DNA of 63,959 bases, filler included, from Craspedostauros australis (Eukaryota): NCBI GenBank assembly GCA_030167865.1. It is 8 parts of 8 records of this genome, joined end to end, with 100 filler letters (N's around TTAATTAATTAA, not from the genome) between each part and the next. Parts side by side here need not be neighbours in the genome. Positions count along the whole stretch, not along the records: positions 19,731 to 37,879 come from JALAGF010000035.1; 7 more parts are not named here. One strand, 5' to 3'. Under the pieces are notes generated by a model. The model did not search any database. It was not told the origin of the DNA and worked only from the letters and a program-made list of their open reading frames with translations. Below are positions 23,004 to 33,990 of the stretch, one piece after another (positions within the stretch are counted from its first letter, which is position 1; each line of letters begins with the position of its first letter). A program made the position numbers and the translations under genes.

Positions 23004-24980
23004 ATGCCGAGTGTTACCAACCAACAACTCATTGATGCTGCCTCTGCAGGTGACTTGTCAGTGTTGAAGGAATGGAAGAAGCAGAGCAAGACGCAGAATG
23101 AAGGAGATGGTGTCAACTGCAAAATCTACGATATGTGGACTCCCCTTCATCTGGCATGCCTCTTCGGCCACCTGGAGTGTGTCAAGTACCTCATCGAATC
23201 ATGTGAGGCGGACATCAACTGCAAAGACAACCGTGGTCGCACTCCCCTTCATGATGCATGCAACAAGGGCCACCTGGAGTGTGTCAAGTACCTCATCGAA
23301 TCATGTGAGGCGGACATCAACTGCAAAGACAACAATGGTTGCACTCCCCTTCATGATGCATGCTACAACGGCCAGCTGGAGTGTGTCAAGTACCTCATCG
23401 AATCATGTCAGGCGAACATCAACTGCAAAGACAGTGGTGGTTGGAATCCCCTTCATCAGGCATGCTCCAACGGCCACCTGGAGTGTGTCAAGTACCTCAT
23501 CGAATCATGTGAGGCGGACATCAGCTGCAAAGACATCTCTGGTGACACTCCCCTTCATCGGGCATGCTCCAACGGCTACCTGGAGTGTGTTGCGTACCTC
23601 GTTGCATCAGCCAATGCCGATACCGATATTCAAAACATCAACAACAAAACCCCCCTCAATTTGATCGATGCAACACTTCAAATCAAGATGCTAAAACGTC
23701 TCACACATCTGAGTCGCTGCAACTCACAACTGCAGGAGGAGAACGAACACCTGGAACAGCAGCTGAAACGTGAGAAGGAAGAGAAGACACAGAAGGAGCA
23801 AGAGAATGAACAACTGGAACAGCAGTTGGAACAGAAGGAGCAAGAGAAGACACAGAAGGAGCAAGAGAATGAACAACTGAAACAACAGTTGGAACGGAAG
23901 GAGCAAGAGAATGAACAACTGAAACAGCAGTTGGGACGAGAGGAGCAAGAGAAGAAGCAGAAGGAGGAAGAGAATGAACAACTGAAACAACAGTTGGAAC
24001 AGAAGGAGCAAGAGAAGACCCAGAAGGAGCAGGAGAACGAACAATTGAAACAGCAGTTGGAACAACAGTTGAAACAGGAGAAGGAAGAAATGCATCGCTT
24101 GCTCTCGAAAAGTCAACAGGAGAACGAACAACTGAAACGGAAGTTGAAACAACATCTCAAGATCAGCATCGACCAAGATCGCCATGCTGCTTTTCGTACC
24201 GAGGCCATCGCAGACGTTTCCTTTCTGTGCGGACAAGGGGACGAACAACAATCAATCAAGGCAAACTCCACAGTCCTCATGATCACTGTCCCATCCATTC
24301 AGACACTGATCAACTCTGGAATCCAACATCAATGCGCTCACGATGGTGCCCATGATGGCGCTCAAGATACAACTGAACCCATCCAAACAACCGTCCCTCT
24401 TCCCAACTTTCAACCAAAACACGTCCGATACGTCCTCCAATGCATCTACAGAGGTGAGATATCCTTCAACAACAACACTCATGACTACGCTGGCGATGAT
24501 GACGCAAACCAGCCAACTCCCATCCTCAATGGACAGGATGATCTGCAACAGCTGATCCTTGTGGCCAACGAATTCGGCTTCTGGCGACTCAAGCTTGTTC
24601 TTGAAGCAGAGTTGGCCCGCAAGCATCTCACAGAAGACACCATGATAGATGTGTTGATATTCGCTCATCAACACAACTGTGTGGTGTTGAAAGATGCAGC
24701 AATGAGAATGGTTGGTGAAAGTGAGAAAGATATGTTCACTCATCCAGATTTCGGCAAGTTGGTTCCACAGCCCCAACTGATGAGAGACATTCATGTCCTC
24801 CGCAGTGGGGGAGCGGAGAGTGATGGTATTGATGACGAGTACAGCCACATGTCCATGGTGGAGCTGTACAAGGTTACGGATCAGGATGAGGGTACAGCAC
24901 AAGTGGATTCGTACATGGATCGGGTGGCATTGGTGGACCTCGTCCGTTCCATGAGAACCAGCTCCACGAGAACCAATTGA
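23004..24980 (+). CDS. Ankyrin-repeat / Glu-Gln-Lys coiled-coil / BTB-POZ(+BACK-like) protein, intronless
   Basis: Five TPLHxAC..GHLECVKYL ankyrin units, then EQENEQLKQQLE repeats. ADVSFLCG...IKANSTVL...VLQCIYRGEI...LILVANEFGFWRLKLVLEAEL...LIFAHQHNCVVLKDAAM is a BTB plus helical extension. ATG at 23004. Confidence 0.9.
   Translation: MPSVTNQQLIDAASAGDLSVLKEWKKQSKTQNEGDGVNCKIYDMWTPLHLACLFGHLECVKYLIESCEADINCKDNRGRTPLHDACNKGHLECVKYLIESCEADINCKDNNGCTPLHDACYNGQLECVKYLIESCQANINCKDSGGWNPLHQACSNGHLECVKYLIESCEADISCKDISGDTPLHRACSNGYLECVAYLVASANADTDIQNINNKTPLNLIDATLQIKMLKRLTHLSRCNSQLQEENEHLEQQLKREKEEKTQKEQENEQLEQQLEQKEQEKTQKEQENEQLKQQLERKEQENEQLKQQLGREEQEKKQKEEENEQLKQQLEQKEQEKTQKEQENEQLKQQLEQQLKQEKEEMHRLLSKSQQENEQLKRKLKQHLKISIDQDRHAAFRTEAIADVSFLCGQGDEQQSIKANSTVLMITVPSIQTLINSGIQHQCAHDGAHDGAQDTTEPIQTTVPLPNFQPKHVRYVLQCIYRGEISFNNNTHDYAGDDDANQPTPILNGQDDLQQLILVANEFGFWRLKLVLEAELARKHLTEDTMIDVLIFAHQHNCVVLKDAAMRMVGESEKDMFTHPDFGKLVPQPQLMRDIHVLRSGGAESDGIDDEYSHMSMVELYKVTDQDEGTAQVDSYMDRVALVDLVRSMRTSSTRTN
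23139..23600 (+). repeat. 102-bp coding tandem repeat (ankyrin units), ~4.5 copies
   Basis: a(c/a)tccccttcat recurs at 23139, 23241, 23343, 23445 and 23547 with near-identical framework sequence. Confidence 0.95.
23735..24150 (+). repeat. Coding minisatellite (gagaaYgaacaactgaaacagcagttg / cagaaggagcaagag modules) encoding the coiled coil
   Basis: Repeated 21-nt-multiple modules translate to QKEQENEQLKQQLE heptads. Confidence 0.9.
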
Positions 24981-26541
24981 TCCGAAGTGATTGTGGTGGA
25001 TGGCGCTGCCGAGGAAGAGGAGTGAAGTGTCAGACCATACCAAATCATAACAGAAGTCTTCAAGAAGTGGACGCATGACAGAATTGAGTCGATGGATAAA
25101 ACTAGTCGTCAGAATAGTCATTAGGATAGAATCTGTGTGAAAGGAGCTGGAGCAATTAGTGATTCATTCATTCAATGGTGCGTCCGGCATGCCTTCACCG
25201 TCGCCTTTGGTGATGTGCACAGCATGCTGCTCCATGCAGTCCCGTATCGTTCGCAGCACGGTTTGGCTGGGCCGCGAGATACGCATGATCTTCTGTGAAT
25301 GAATTGCAGATGATCCTGGTTGGCGTAAGGCACGTTGGTGTGCAGCGTCATTGGCCAATGCGACAGGAAGAAGATGGTTCAGCCACCGCTGTCATCGCCG
25401 TGATCGTCGTTGCCGATCATATGGTTTCCACATTCGTTGGTTTCGTGGGTGTGGAAGGAGTTGTGTGGGAAGCTATGGTGGACCCTGCGGGCGTCATGCA
25501 TGGCTTGTTGGACTGGAATCCAACTTGACGAGGTGGAGCGTATTGCGACAGTTAGCTTGTTGTTGTTGTTGGTGGTGGTGGTGGTGGTGCTGCTGCAGTT
25601 TGTGCACGATGTCGCACAAGGCACAAGCGTATGCCAGCAGCTGCATGGTTTTCGATAGGTATGGCCGACAAAGATGACGAGCAATGGGAGAAGTTGCCAA
25701 CGTCATTGCACACGATTTCAATAATGGTGGATCCAAGGAGACAGTGCCTCTGTCTCATCGTTTGCGGTTTGCGTTAGCGACGTATCGCTTCGAGCATCGG
25801 TATGAACAGGCGTGGCTGGTTGTGGTGCGTGTTGTGGGGACTGAGGAACATCTCCAAACTGATGGCTCTGCAGGTCTTGGGAGAAGTCGCTGCATCCGAT
25901 GTCACAGATGCATCCATCCAATATGTGCTGAATCTCCGTTTCAGACAACGCATCGGACGTTTATGTGGGTGGGCGCCGCTGCTGATGACTTGAATCCAGA
26001 CCGCACCATGGGCCATGGCTGTTGGTTCTGTTGTTGGCGCTGCCATTGCCCATGTCCCAAGCTCTCCTCTACTCCGGAGAAGTTTGTGTGATATCTTCCT
26101 TTCTGATGTCGCTGAGCGATGCGACATGTTTGATATCGCTGTTCGTCACGGCTCGTCATTCATCATCAGCGTCATTCATCATCATCATCATCAGCAGCAG
26201 CAGCATCATCATCGGCATCATCATCGTCTCTTGCCATGACCGCCTTCGTTGATTCTGGTTAGCGTGCCATCTTTTGCGCAGCCGCTGCTTGCTTGATTAC
26301 TTCATTGCTTCATTGCTTTGTTGCTTGACAGACAATGTCTCAGTGTTGGTTGATACCTCCATCAATGCAAACATAGTCATACCACTTCATCTTTCTTGCT
26401 CTCTCTCTCTCTCTCTCGCTCTCGTTGTGTTGATGTTGTTTCAAGGATCATGGTGCAAAATCGAAGATTCGTTGTTTTGGGTGGTGTGAAGAATTGGGCG
26501 GCGCCGATTGCATCGATTCGGCGATCAACACCCAGTGAGCT

Positions 26542-26857
26542 GGGACACGCGGCAAAATGTCTGGCACGATCAAAAAATCGCTTGCCTTAAACCAAATAAA
26601 TAGCTTCGGCGTCATTTGATATTCTTCAGGTCATCACAACAAAATTGATAAACTCATGCTGTCATGTGTCATTGTCGGGAATGTCGGGCGCTTTGTCGGG
26701 AATGTCGGGAGTTTATCTGTTACGAATCAAGGTTCTCTCAAGGGAGTAATTGACGCAATAAGCGGCAATGATGTATGACCCATTCATAATATCATGATAT
26801 TATAATACTTAACACGTTTCCGGTTGTAGCAAATCCCGACTTTCTGCCGAGTGTCCC
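26542..26857. mobile_element. Candidate MITE / non-autonomous DNA transposon (~316 bp)
   Basis: Imperfect terminal inverted repeats: gggacacgcggcaaaatgtctgg (26542-26564) vs the reverse complement of 26835-26857, gggacactcggcagaaagtcggg (19/23). The interior is AT-rich with four tgtcggg repeats. No TSD seen. Confidence 0.55.
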
Positions 26858-27756
26858 TGGCTCCGCCAAATCCGTCGTACTGGTACTTGTACTGGCACCG
26901 CTGCTCCACTGCAAACATACGATATCATGCAACATCAGGGGGTGACGTGACGGAGATCCCGTTCCTTCCGCATGTTGGTGGACCCTGTCTTCCAGGCCCC
27001 ATTAACTTCATACTCGTGTGGTATAGCTTCGCACACATGCAAAGCAGAATCTATCAGAATAGAATGGGGTAAGTGCAATGCAGTGTGTCGACAGCACGGC
27101 GTTCCAAAGAATCTGTGTTGACGAGAACGAGCAATAGAGTGCATCCATTTAAGAATGATATTCAAAAGAGTGTACTTACGGAGCAGCATTCTCTGCCCCC
27201 TCGTTGCGTGCATTATGCATTGCTCTATGTATTCCACCATCTATTCTATTATATAATATTACTTCAATGTGGACGTTGATGCTAGCCATCCATGCTCTAG
27301 TGCTCTAGTTCGCGTTTGTATCCGCAGCAAACCATAGTTGGCACGCTCGACGCGGATGGTGGAACTCCACAGACAGAGCCGTTGATGCCCGTTGTCACGT
27401 TGCCAAGATCATGTCCTCGCATAGGCAAGGACGTGGCCGTAGTCCCACCAGCAATGCTCTGCCCAGCCCAGATGACGGCACCAGGCTACTCTTGCGCTGT
27501 GATCACGCACAGCACGTACTGCCAACCGCCTCTCCCAATCCCAAATGAAAGCCGGTTGGCGGAAGTAGCTTATCTGGTGTGATCCTGGAGCACAACGTCT
27601 GCTTCTTTGCCCGCCATTGCTGACCTCCAGAACCGAGCGTGCTGCCTGCCACGCGCCTCAAATCCCATGGCGACAGGGAGGTCAAGCGGGGCTTGGCTTG
27701 GCGTTTGACTTTTGCGGATTGCAGCAGATGGATTCGATCGGCTGGGTCTGATTCGC

Positions 27757-29824
27757 TCAATCCTCTTCCTCAGTAGCACGCATACTATCCGCCCGTCTTG
27801 ATAGAAGGTTACTGATTTTCTCCGCAATCCTTTCTGGGGTTGCAGGGACCCACAGACCAAAGAACTCCTTTGCTTTTCCACGAGGCTCGATGAATCGTAG
27901 CGAGCTCATTTGCATCAAGGCGATCCACGAGGAAACTACCTCATCCGCTGTGCTTCTGGTACGCCCCGTCAATCGTCGGCTTTCATCTCTGTGTTCTTGG
28001 ACAAGCTCACGAAATCTGATATTGGCTGGTCGGTTCTGGAAGCCTTGCCCTGTTGCGCAAATGACATCCTCATTCGAAGGTAGTATTGTGAAATCGAGGT
28101 GTTCGGTTCTTCTCCATATCACGCATAAGCGTTTGGAGTGTCTAGTGCGCAGCTCCCCGTTCTCGGTGAGTGGGAGTACTCCTCCCGTTGGAATTCCAGA
28201 CATCTCCAGCCGATGGAGAGCGGTCGCCATCCTGGACCTTCGTGTCGTCTCTTCGTCATTTGCCAGGTCATCGCGCTGTGGACCAACTGTCCAGGGAGAG
28301 ACGAATCGCAAGGCAGTCAAGCAAGTCAGAATGTTTGGGGACACAGAGTAGAGTGGAGTGAAGTGAGTGGAGTACTCAAGTGAGTATTGCATCCCCACTG
28401 TCCGGCTCAGGCATCCGTGTTGCCGTGCACTGCAAAACAAGCCAGTCTGTACCATCCATACTCAGATGCAAGGGCGTGAGCGCTGCGCCGTGCTTGCGCG
28501 TCACACATTGACACACAGAAACAATCGAACGTACCAAATAGCTTTTCGAATCTGCACCGCGACAAGAAGTTCAAACCGAACGTGAGCAAGTTGAGGACAG
28601 GCCTCACTCTGACGTCGTCGTACAGATAGTGGAAGCTTTCCAAGCGGACAGGAATCGCATTGGCGACTTTGCACCCACCCCACCACACGCTGCGTTCCAC
28701 CCTGTCTCCGACCGGAACGTAGCCCAATCCCCATCCAATGTACACGATACCTCGCAGCTGTGTCTCAGGATCATTCTCAATGACAGACATCATGAGGAAC
28801 CAGATGAGACGACACTGTGCCGGTGCGATGGCGGAGCAGATTTGATATGGTAGCGAAATGCAAGGAAGTGCACGAAAAGCAAAGAAAAAGATGACGATGG
28901 CAGAGACAGCGCGTGGTGAGGACAGTCAGGTCAGTGGCGCACCAAACGGCATTCGTTTTGGCGAGTCCAGTCGAGTTCGCGGTACTGCAATACATTGCAG
29001 CATTGCCTGACTACGTAATGCTACAGGGTTGTCATCATATGCCACAGCGACCACCCGTGGGTCAACATACGTACATTGAAAATCCGTGGGTCGTATCTCG
29101 AATTCAGCGGTGGAAAGTTGTCTCTGTGCCCACGTTCGAATGAGAAGAAGACAGCGCGACCGGCTTGATCGCGTCGTGGTAGCAGCTGGATAGTTGCATT
29201 CGTTCGTAGAACATGTTGCTCCATCGGATCGAGGTGATCCCATCTGATCCTTGTGGTAAGCAGATGATCGCCGAAGAATTCCCTCTTCAATTCGAAATGA
29301 AGAAATATCCTCTTAGCAGCTCTTTGCGGATTATACTTCTCAGCGCGTAGGAACATGATGAGGAAGGCGTTGTTGAAAATGAAGGCTGGACGTTGCCTGA
29401 CTGCAACCAGGTAAGCCTCACTCTGTCGGCTCCGTTCGAGGATGCTGATCAATTCTTGGACACGCAGATGCACCATCCCGGGATCTTCAACGAGCGGCTG
29501 GCTGAATCCGCTCAAGCTCAATTCTCTGCGCAGCCATTGGGGATCTGTGAGCCTTTCGACTTCCCTGTCAAGCACAGCATCATCATGCAACAGTGCTTCG
29601 TTGGGTGGCAGCGATTTGGTTGATGCGCAAAGGACCCGTTCGGTCGGAGGCAGCGCAGCACGTTCTGCAATCTGTCCACGAAGGCCAGTTGACGCCGCAA
29701 CGTTGGCGGTCGTGGTGTCCGTGGTATGGTGGACTTGGACTCCGCCTCTGTCATTGTCGCGAATGGAACCAACATTGGCAAATTGCATGTGAGCCTGCAT
29801 GGCCCTGTATTGCCAGCTCGCCAT
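27757..29824 (-). CDS. CRAL-TRIO-like + C-terminal DUF6824 protein; exons 29824-29075, 28814-28535, 28286-27757
   Basis: FLRAEKYNPQRAAKRIFLHFELKREFFG, LLPRRDQAGRAV, DPETQLRGIV and IPVRLESFHY (CRAL-TRIO-like). PSNEDVICATGQGFQNRPANIRFRELV...RFI...W...EKISNLL (DUF6824). GT-AG joins preserve frame. Confidence 0.8.
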
Positions 29825-31379
29825 GGGCAGCTCGTGGATAGCTCACTGGTGATACCTCACCGGCGATGAGATAACGATGAGATAACGATGGCGATCCGCC
29901 AGCGTGGATCTTGGTTTGATCACTTTGCTCCCGCAAAAGAAGAGATTGGTTGTTGCATGAATTGAGGGCATTTGTGTGAGATGATCAACGTATAGAATTG
30001 GCGCAGCGTCAGGAACAAACGGCGTAGTTCTCACCTGTTCTTTCTGGTGTCGCGATTGCGGATGGTCTCCACAGCCAGGCCTTGATGGTGTACGAGTATG
30101 TAAATGTATGTAACGAGAGAGAGAGAGTATGATGTTGTTCGTGACGGTGATGATGTATGAGAAGAGTATGGGAATTCTCGTGATACTGCGCAGACATGGC
30201 GCGGGTTTGGATTTCGAGAACAGTGCTGACAGGAGATGGTGGGAGACGGCCCTTCTCGAACTTCCAACAACAGCGAGGCGACGATTGACACGGTGTCAAC
30301 CAAGCACCTGGCCCTCCCACTCACCAACCTGGCACAAAAGCAAGAGCAAGAACAGGAGCAAGAACAAAGCACGACGCCCACACAAACACACGCGAGTGTC
30401 GTTTCACGACGCTTTCCTCGGAGTCGAACGTCCCGCGAATGGAGTCAGCTGCCAAAGCCTGAAAATGTGAGAGGTGCCTGCGCGCAAGGTGCAACATACA
30501 ACTAGTGACAGAATCTTTGAAGACGTTAAAAGCGTTATGATTGTAGTCGTGGATGGAACACGACAGATGTTCTGTCGACTGATCGATGTCGTCACCATGA
30601 GACACGACGCCACTGGAACAAACAAGAAACAAGGATTCCTCAGTGGTCGAAGGAATCGATTGGGTCATCGCTCCGGATCCCCACGTTGTGACGATGACCA
30701 AGACGACAGTCATTTTCGTCGTGGGCTTGAGGATCACTCCGGACAAAGAACCCAATCGCGGCCAAATCGCCGTTCTGCGTGCTTTGTGGCTGGCACTCTT
30801 CTCGTGTTCGCCACCGCAATCACTAGTGCGTGTTCGTACTCGTACATGGACATGCACAACAGTCCCTCCTCTCTGTTGATTTCTTGTCGTAGTCAAGAGC
30901 GGCAACCAGACATGATCCGCTCGGCTCCATCCAGAGAGGCTCTCTTGCGACAACCGTAGCAACACTCCTCCCGTACCCCTCCATTCTAGTGCGAGCTGCG
31001 AGTGCCATCCGCATCATCCCAGTTCATCACGACAAAGACTTCAAGACCGAAGCAGACAGAGCAAGCAATAGCACTCAAGAGGATAGCTCGTGCAAGTACC
31101 CATAGTCACCACCTGATCGGTCGACTAGAGTACGGATAGTCGGCCAGAGGCAGTGGATCCATCCATCGATCCATCCATCGATCCATCCATCATTGTGCTC
31201 ATTGGACGTGTATCCTTCGCTCTTCGATCTTTGCTCTGCAGTAATCGGGAGGACTGTGCATGCACATCATACATATCATACATAAGACACATATCGTACA
31301 TAAAGCACATAGCATACATAGCACCAACGCCCCTGTCCCAAGCAACAGCAACCAGGCGCACAAGCAAACAGGCAACAAC

Positions 31380-33230
31380 ATGTCCAACTTCGACGAGTCA
31401 TTCTTCAAGCAGCTTCTGAAAGAGGAGCGCGAGGAATGCCTGAAGGGCCCAGGCATCGACCTGGAGCTCCACGAGGCCTTCGTGGAGAGCTGCCAGCAGT
31501 TCCAGGACGCCAAGGATGCCAAGGACGCGGCGGAGAGCGACTACCATGAGCTCGTCAAGCAGTCCAAGAAGCAGCAGAGCATCGACGAAGACGCCAAGGA
31601 CGAGGCCGAGGAGATGCTCAACGTCTGGAACCAGGCCATGCAGGACGCGGACACCATGTGCCTCAAGGCGGCCAAGCCCATCCTGGGCACCATTACCCTC
31701 ACCGACTACGATCTGGAGATGTCGCTGCTGCGCACGTCCATCATCACGCGCAACACGCCCAAGGGCCTGGCCAAGTTCGCCAACGAGTCCGATCTGCACG
31801 GCCAGCTCGTCGAGACCCTCCTCAACAACAAGAAGATCATGAAGGAGATGCTCATGGGCGGAGGCGCCAAGGGCAACGAGTTCGGCAACGCCATGAAGCT
31901 ATACACGCAGATCATGGCCTCCATGCCCAAGGACCGATTCCAGAAGGTCAACAAGAGGCTCGCCATGGCCTGCGCCCTGGAATTCGCCGTGCCGCAGACC
32001 GAGTTCGACACCTCCGTCGAGATCAACGCCCTCGAACGCTTCCAGCACTACGAGAAGGCGCATCGCAAGGGCGAGCTCGACCCCTGCTTCACCCACCTCA
32101 AGACCTGGGAATACCGCATGGCCATCAACTCGGACGCTCCGCACCTGCAGCTCCAGTGGGGACGGGACATGCTCATGAACTACGCGCCCCACATCGCCTC
32201 CATCTACAACGAGCAGTGGAGGTACAACTACATCGTCAAGACGGACGTGGGATATCGCGCGCCCAACTGGACCAGCTCGCCGCGCACCTACCCGCAGGTC
32301 CTCAGCGGAGGCGGCCGCGAAGGACCCCGGGCGTGGTTCGGCCGCTTCATCTGCCAGGCCTTCGGCGTGCCTGTGTGGGGAATCAAGCAGACGGGCAATG
32401 TCGCCATGTCCCGCTGGACTCCCAAGGGATGGTTCATCAACTTCGGTCTCACGCCCCCGCCAGGCCACGAACATTCCTGGGGACTGTCGAGCTGGGACAA
32501 CGGCCGGTCCGGACTTGACTTTTACGACGAGGCGCGTGCGCGCACTGCATTCACCGAGCAGGATTATTTCGAACGCATCCTGCTGCTGGAGTGCCTGGCG
32601 GATGCCTGCAAGGAGAAGAACAAGAAAATCGAGGAGGCCGGTTTCGTCCACCCGGCCAAGGTGTGGCGCAGTTTGGCCCTCATGCAGCGCAGGCTCTTTT
32701 CGTTGCGGTGCAAGGAGGAAACGTTTGAGCGCACCGGACCCTCCCTGGCCGTGACCAAAATTGAAAAGTACTGCGAGGAGCTTGACAACAGCGCCAACGC
32801 GGAACCACTACCCATCGAAGTCGAAAAGGACGGCACCATCGTCATCCCGGCCGCCAGCTTCGCGGAGTCCAACGGCGACAAGCTGGTCAAGCGCCACCCC
32901 AGCTTTTCCAGCGGCACCCAGCTCCATCTCATGGATGGCAGCGGTTGGATGACGTATGAGATCCCATCCAACATCCCAACCCAGGAGGACAAGGATTACA
33001 TGCTCTCGATCAAGGTTTGCACCGTCCATCTGCAGCAGCAGCCCTTGAAGTTGACCATCGACGACGACGAGAAGTACAGCATCCCCATTCCATACACGCA
33101 AGGCGAATGGAAGACGACGGATCCAATAAAAGTGTCTGTCAGCGGCCTCGCAGTGCTCAAGTTCAAGCGCAAGAAGGCGGATGATTGTTTCGGCTTGGCC
33201 ATCAAGAGTATCACTCTGAAGCCATGCTGA
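31380..33230 (+). CDS. Intronless 616-aa conserved hypothetical protein; transglutaminase-like core (apparently degenerate) plus C-terminal beta-sandwich/CBM-like domain
   Basis: Strong GC3 codon bias. Motifs RLAMACALE, LDPCF..L..WEYR, LQWGRDML.NY.P, GGGREGPRAWFGRFICQAFGVPVWG..Q.GN and IPYTQGEWKTT resemble a family I recall from diatoms and PVC bacteria. Confidence 0.75.
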   Translation: MSNFDESFFKQLLKEEREECLKGPGIDLELHEAFVESCQQFQDAKDAKDAAESDYHELVKQSKKQQSIDEDAKDEAEEMLNVWNQAMQDADTMCLKAAKPILGTITLTDYDLEMSLLRTSIITRNTPKGLAKFANESDLHGQLVETLLNNKKIMKEMLMGGGAKGNEFGNAMKLYTQIMASMPKDRFQKVNKRLAMACALEFAVPQTEFDTSVEINALERFQHYEKAHRKGELDPCFTHLKTWEYRMAINSDAPHLQLQWGRDMLMNYAPHIASIYNEQWRYNYIVKTDVGYRAPNWTSSPRTYPQVLSGGGREGPRAWFGRFICQAFGVPVWGIKQTGNVAMSRWTPKGWFINFGLTPPPGHEHSWGLSSWDNGRSGLDFYDEARARTAFTEQDYFERILLLECLADACKEKNKKIEEAGFVHPAKVWRSLALMQRRLFSLRCKEETFERTGPSLAVTKIEKYCEELDNSANAEPLPIEVEKDGTIVIPAASFAESNGDKLVKRHPSFSSGTQLHLMDGSGWMTYEIPSNIPTQEDKDYMLSIKVCTVHLQQQPLKLTIDDDEKYSIPIPYTQGEWKTTDPIKVSVSGLAVLKFKRKKADDCFGLAIKSITLKPC

Positions 33231-33990
33231 GCACCGTCCGAACCCAATCCATGTGCGAACACGTTATTCCACCAACGTATTATATCACACTATTGGCATG
33301 TTGAACAGTCAATGTACAGTGGCGGTGATGGTATGGCGATGGTCAACCACACCCTTACCCGCATCCGTATCCATACGTATGGCACGACTACCATGCGTGA
33401 GTAGGAATGACATACACATCATACCGTAGAGAATAGTACTCCATTCCATTGTGTTTCGTCATGAATGGTATCATCAGCAACAGGGTATTCCCTGCTTGCG
33501 TATTCCATGCGCGCTGCGCACAGCGCCAGTTCGGCAACAGAACAACGACGGCCAGGACTGGAATGAGATGGGCTTGGATTGGAACGGATGAGAGTAATGT
33601 GTTAGAGGTCTATTTTACTACTGTATGTCCCATCATGTTTTACAACAATGAAGGTGCGACGCGGTGCTTGGGCCCACCATCTTGTCTCGCCTCCGCCACG
33701 TCCTCTTCCAGCTGTTCTCATCCGCGGCAGGGCATCGCCGTTTGTTCTCTTCCTCAGAACAACTGTGACGCAAGTGATGGAGGCAACACCAACACAAGCC
33801 TCGGAGCAGTGCGATGAAAATCACGACTCGATGGGTGGCTTCCGCAGAACAAATGCGCGCATCGACCTTGACATCGCAGATGACACAAACGAGCGCGGCG
33901 AATCTGATGCTCATTTTAGAATCATTCAGATTGAATGAGACAAATCATACTCCTCATAGATAAGAGAGGCAGAACAAGACGAAGCTGAGG

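Noticed and set aside
25164..26240. Poly-Gln/His and Asp/Ala triplet tracts on the minus strand
   Set aside because: Frames are interrupted by stops and no coherent gene could be built. Possibly a decayed gene or simple microsatellites.
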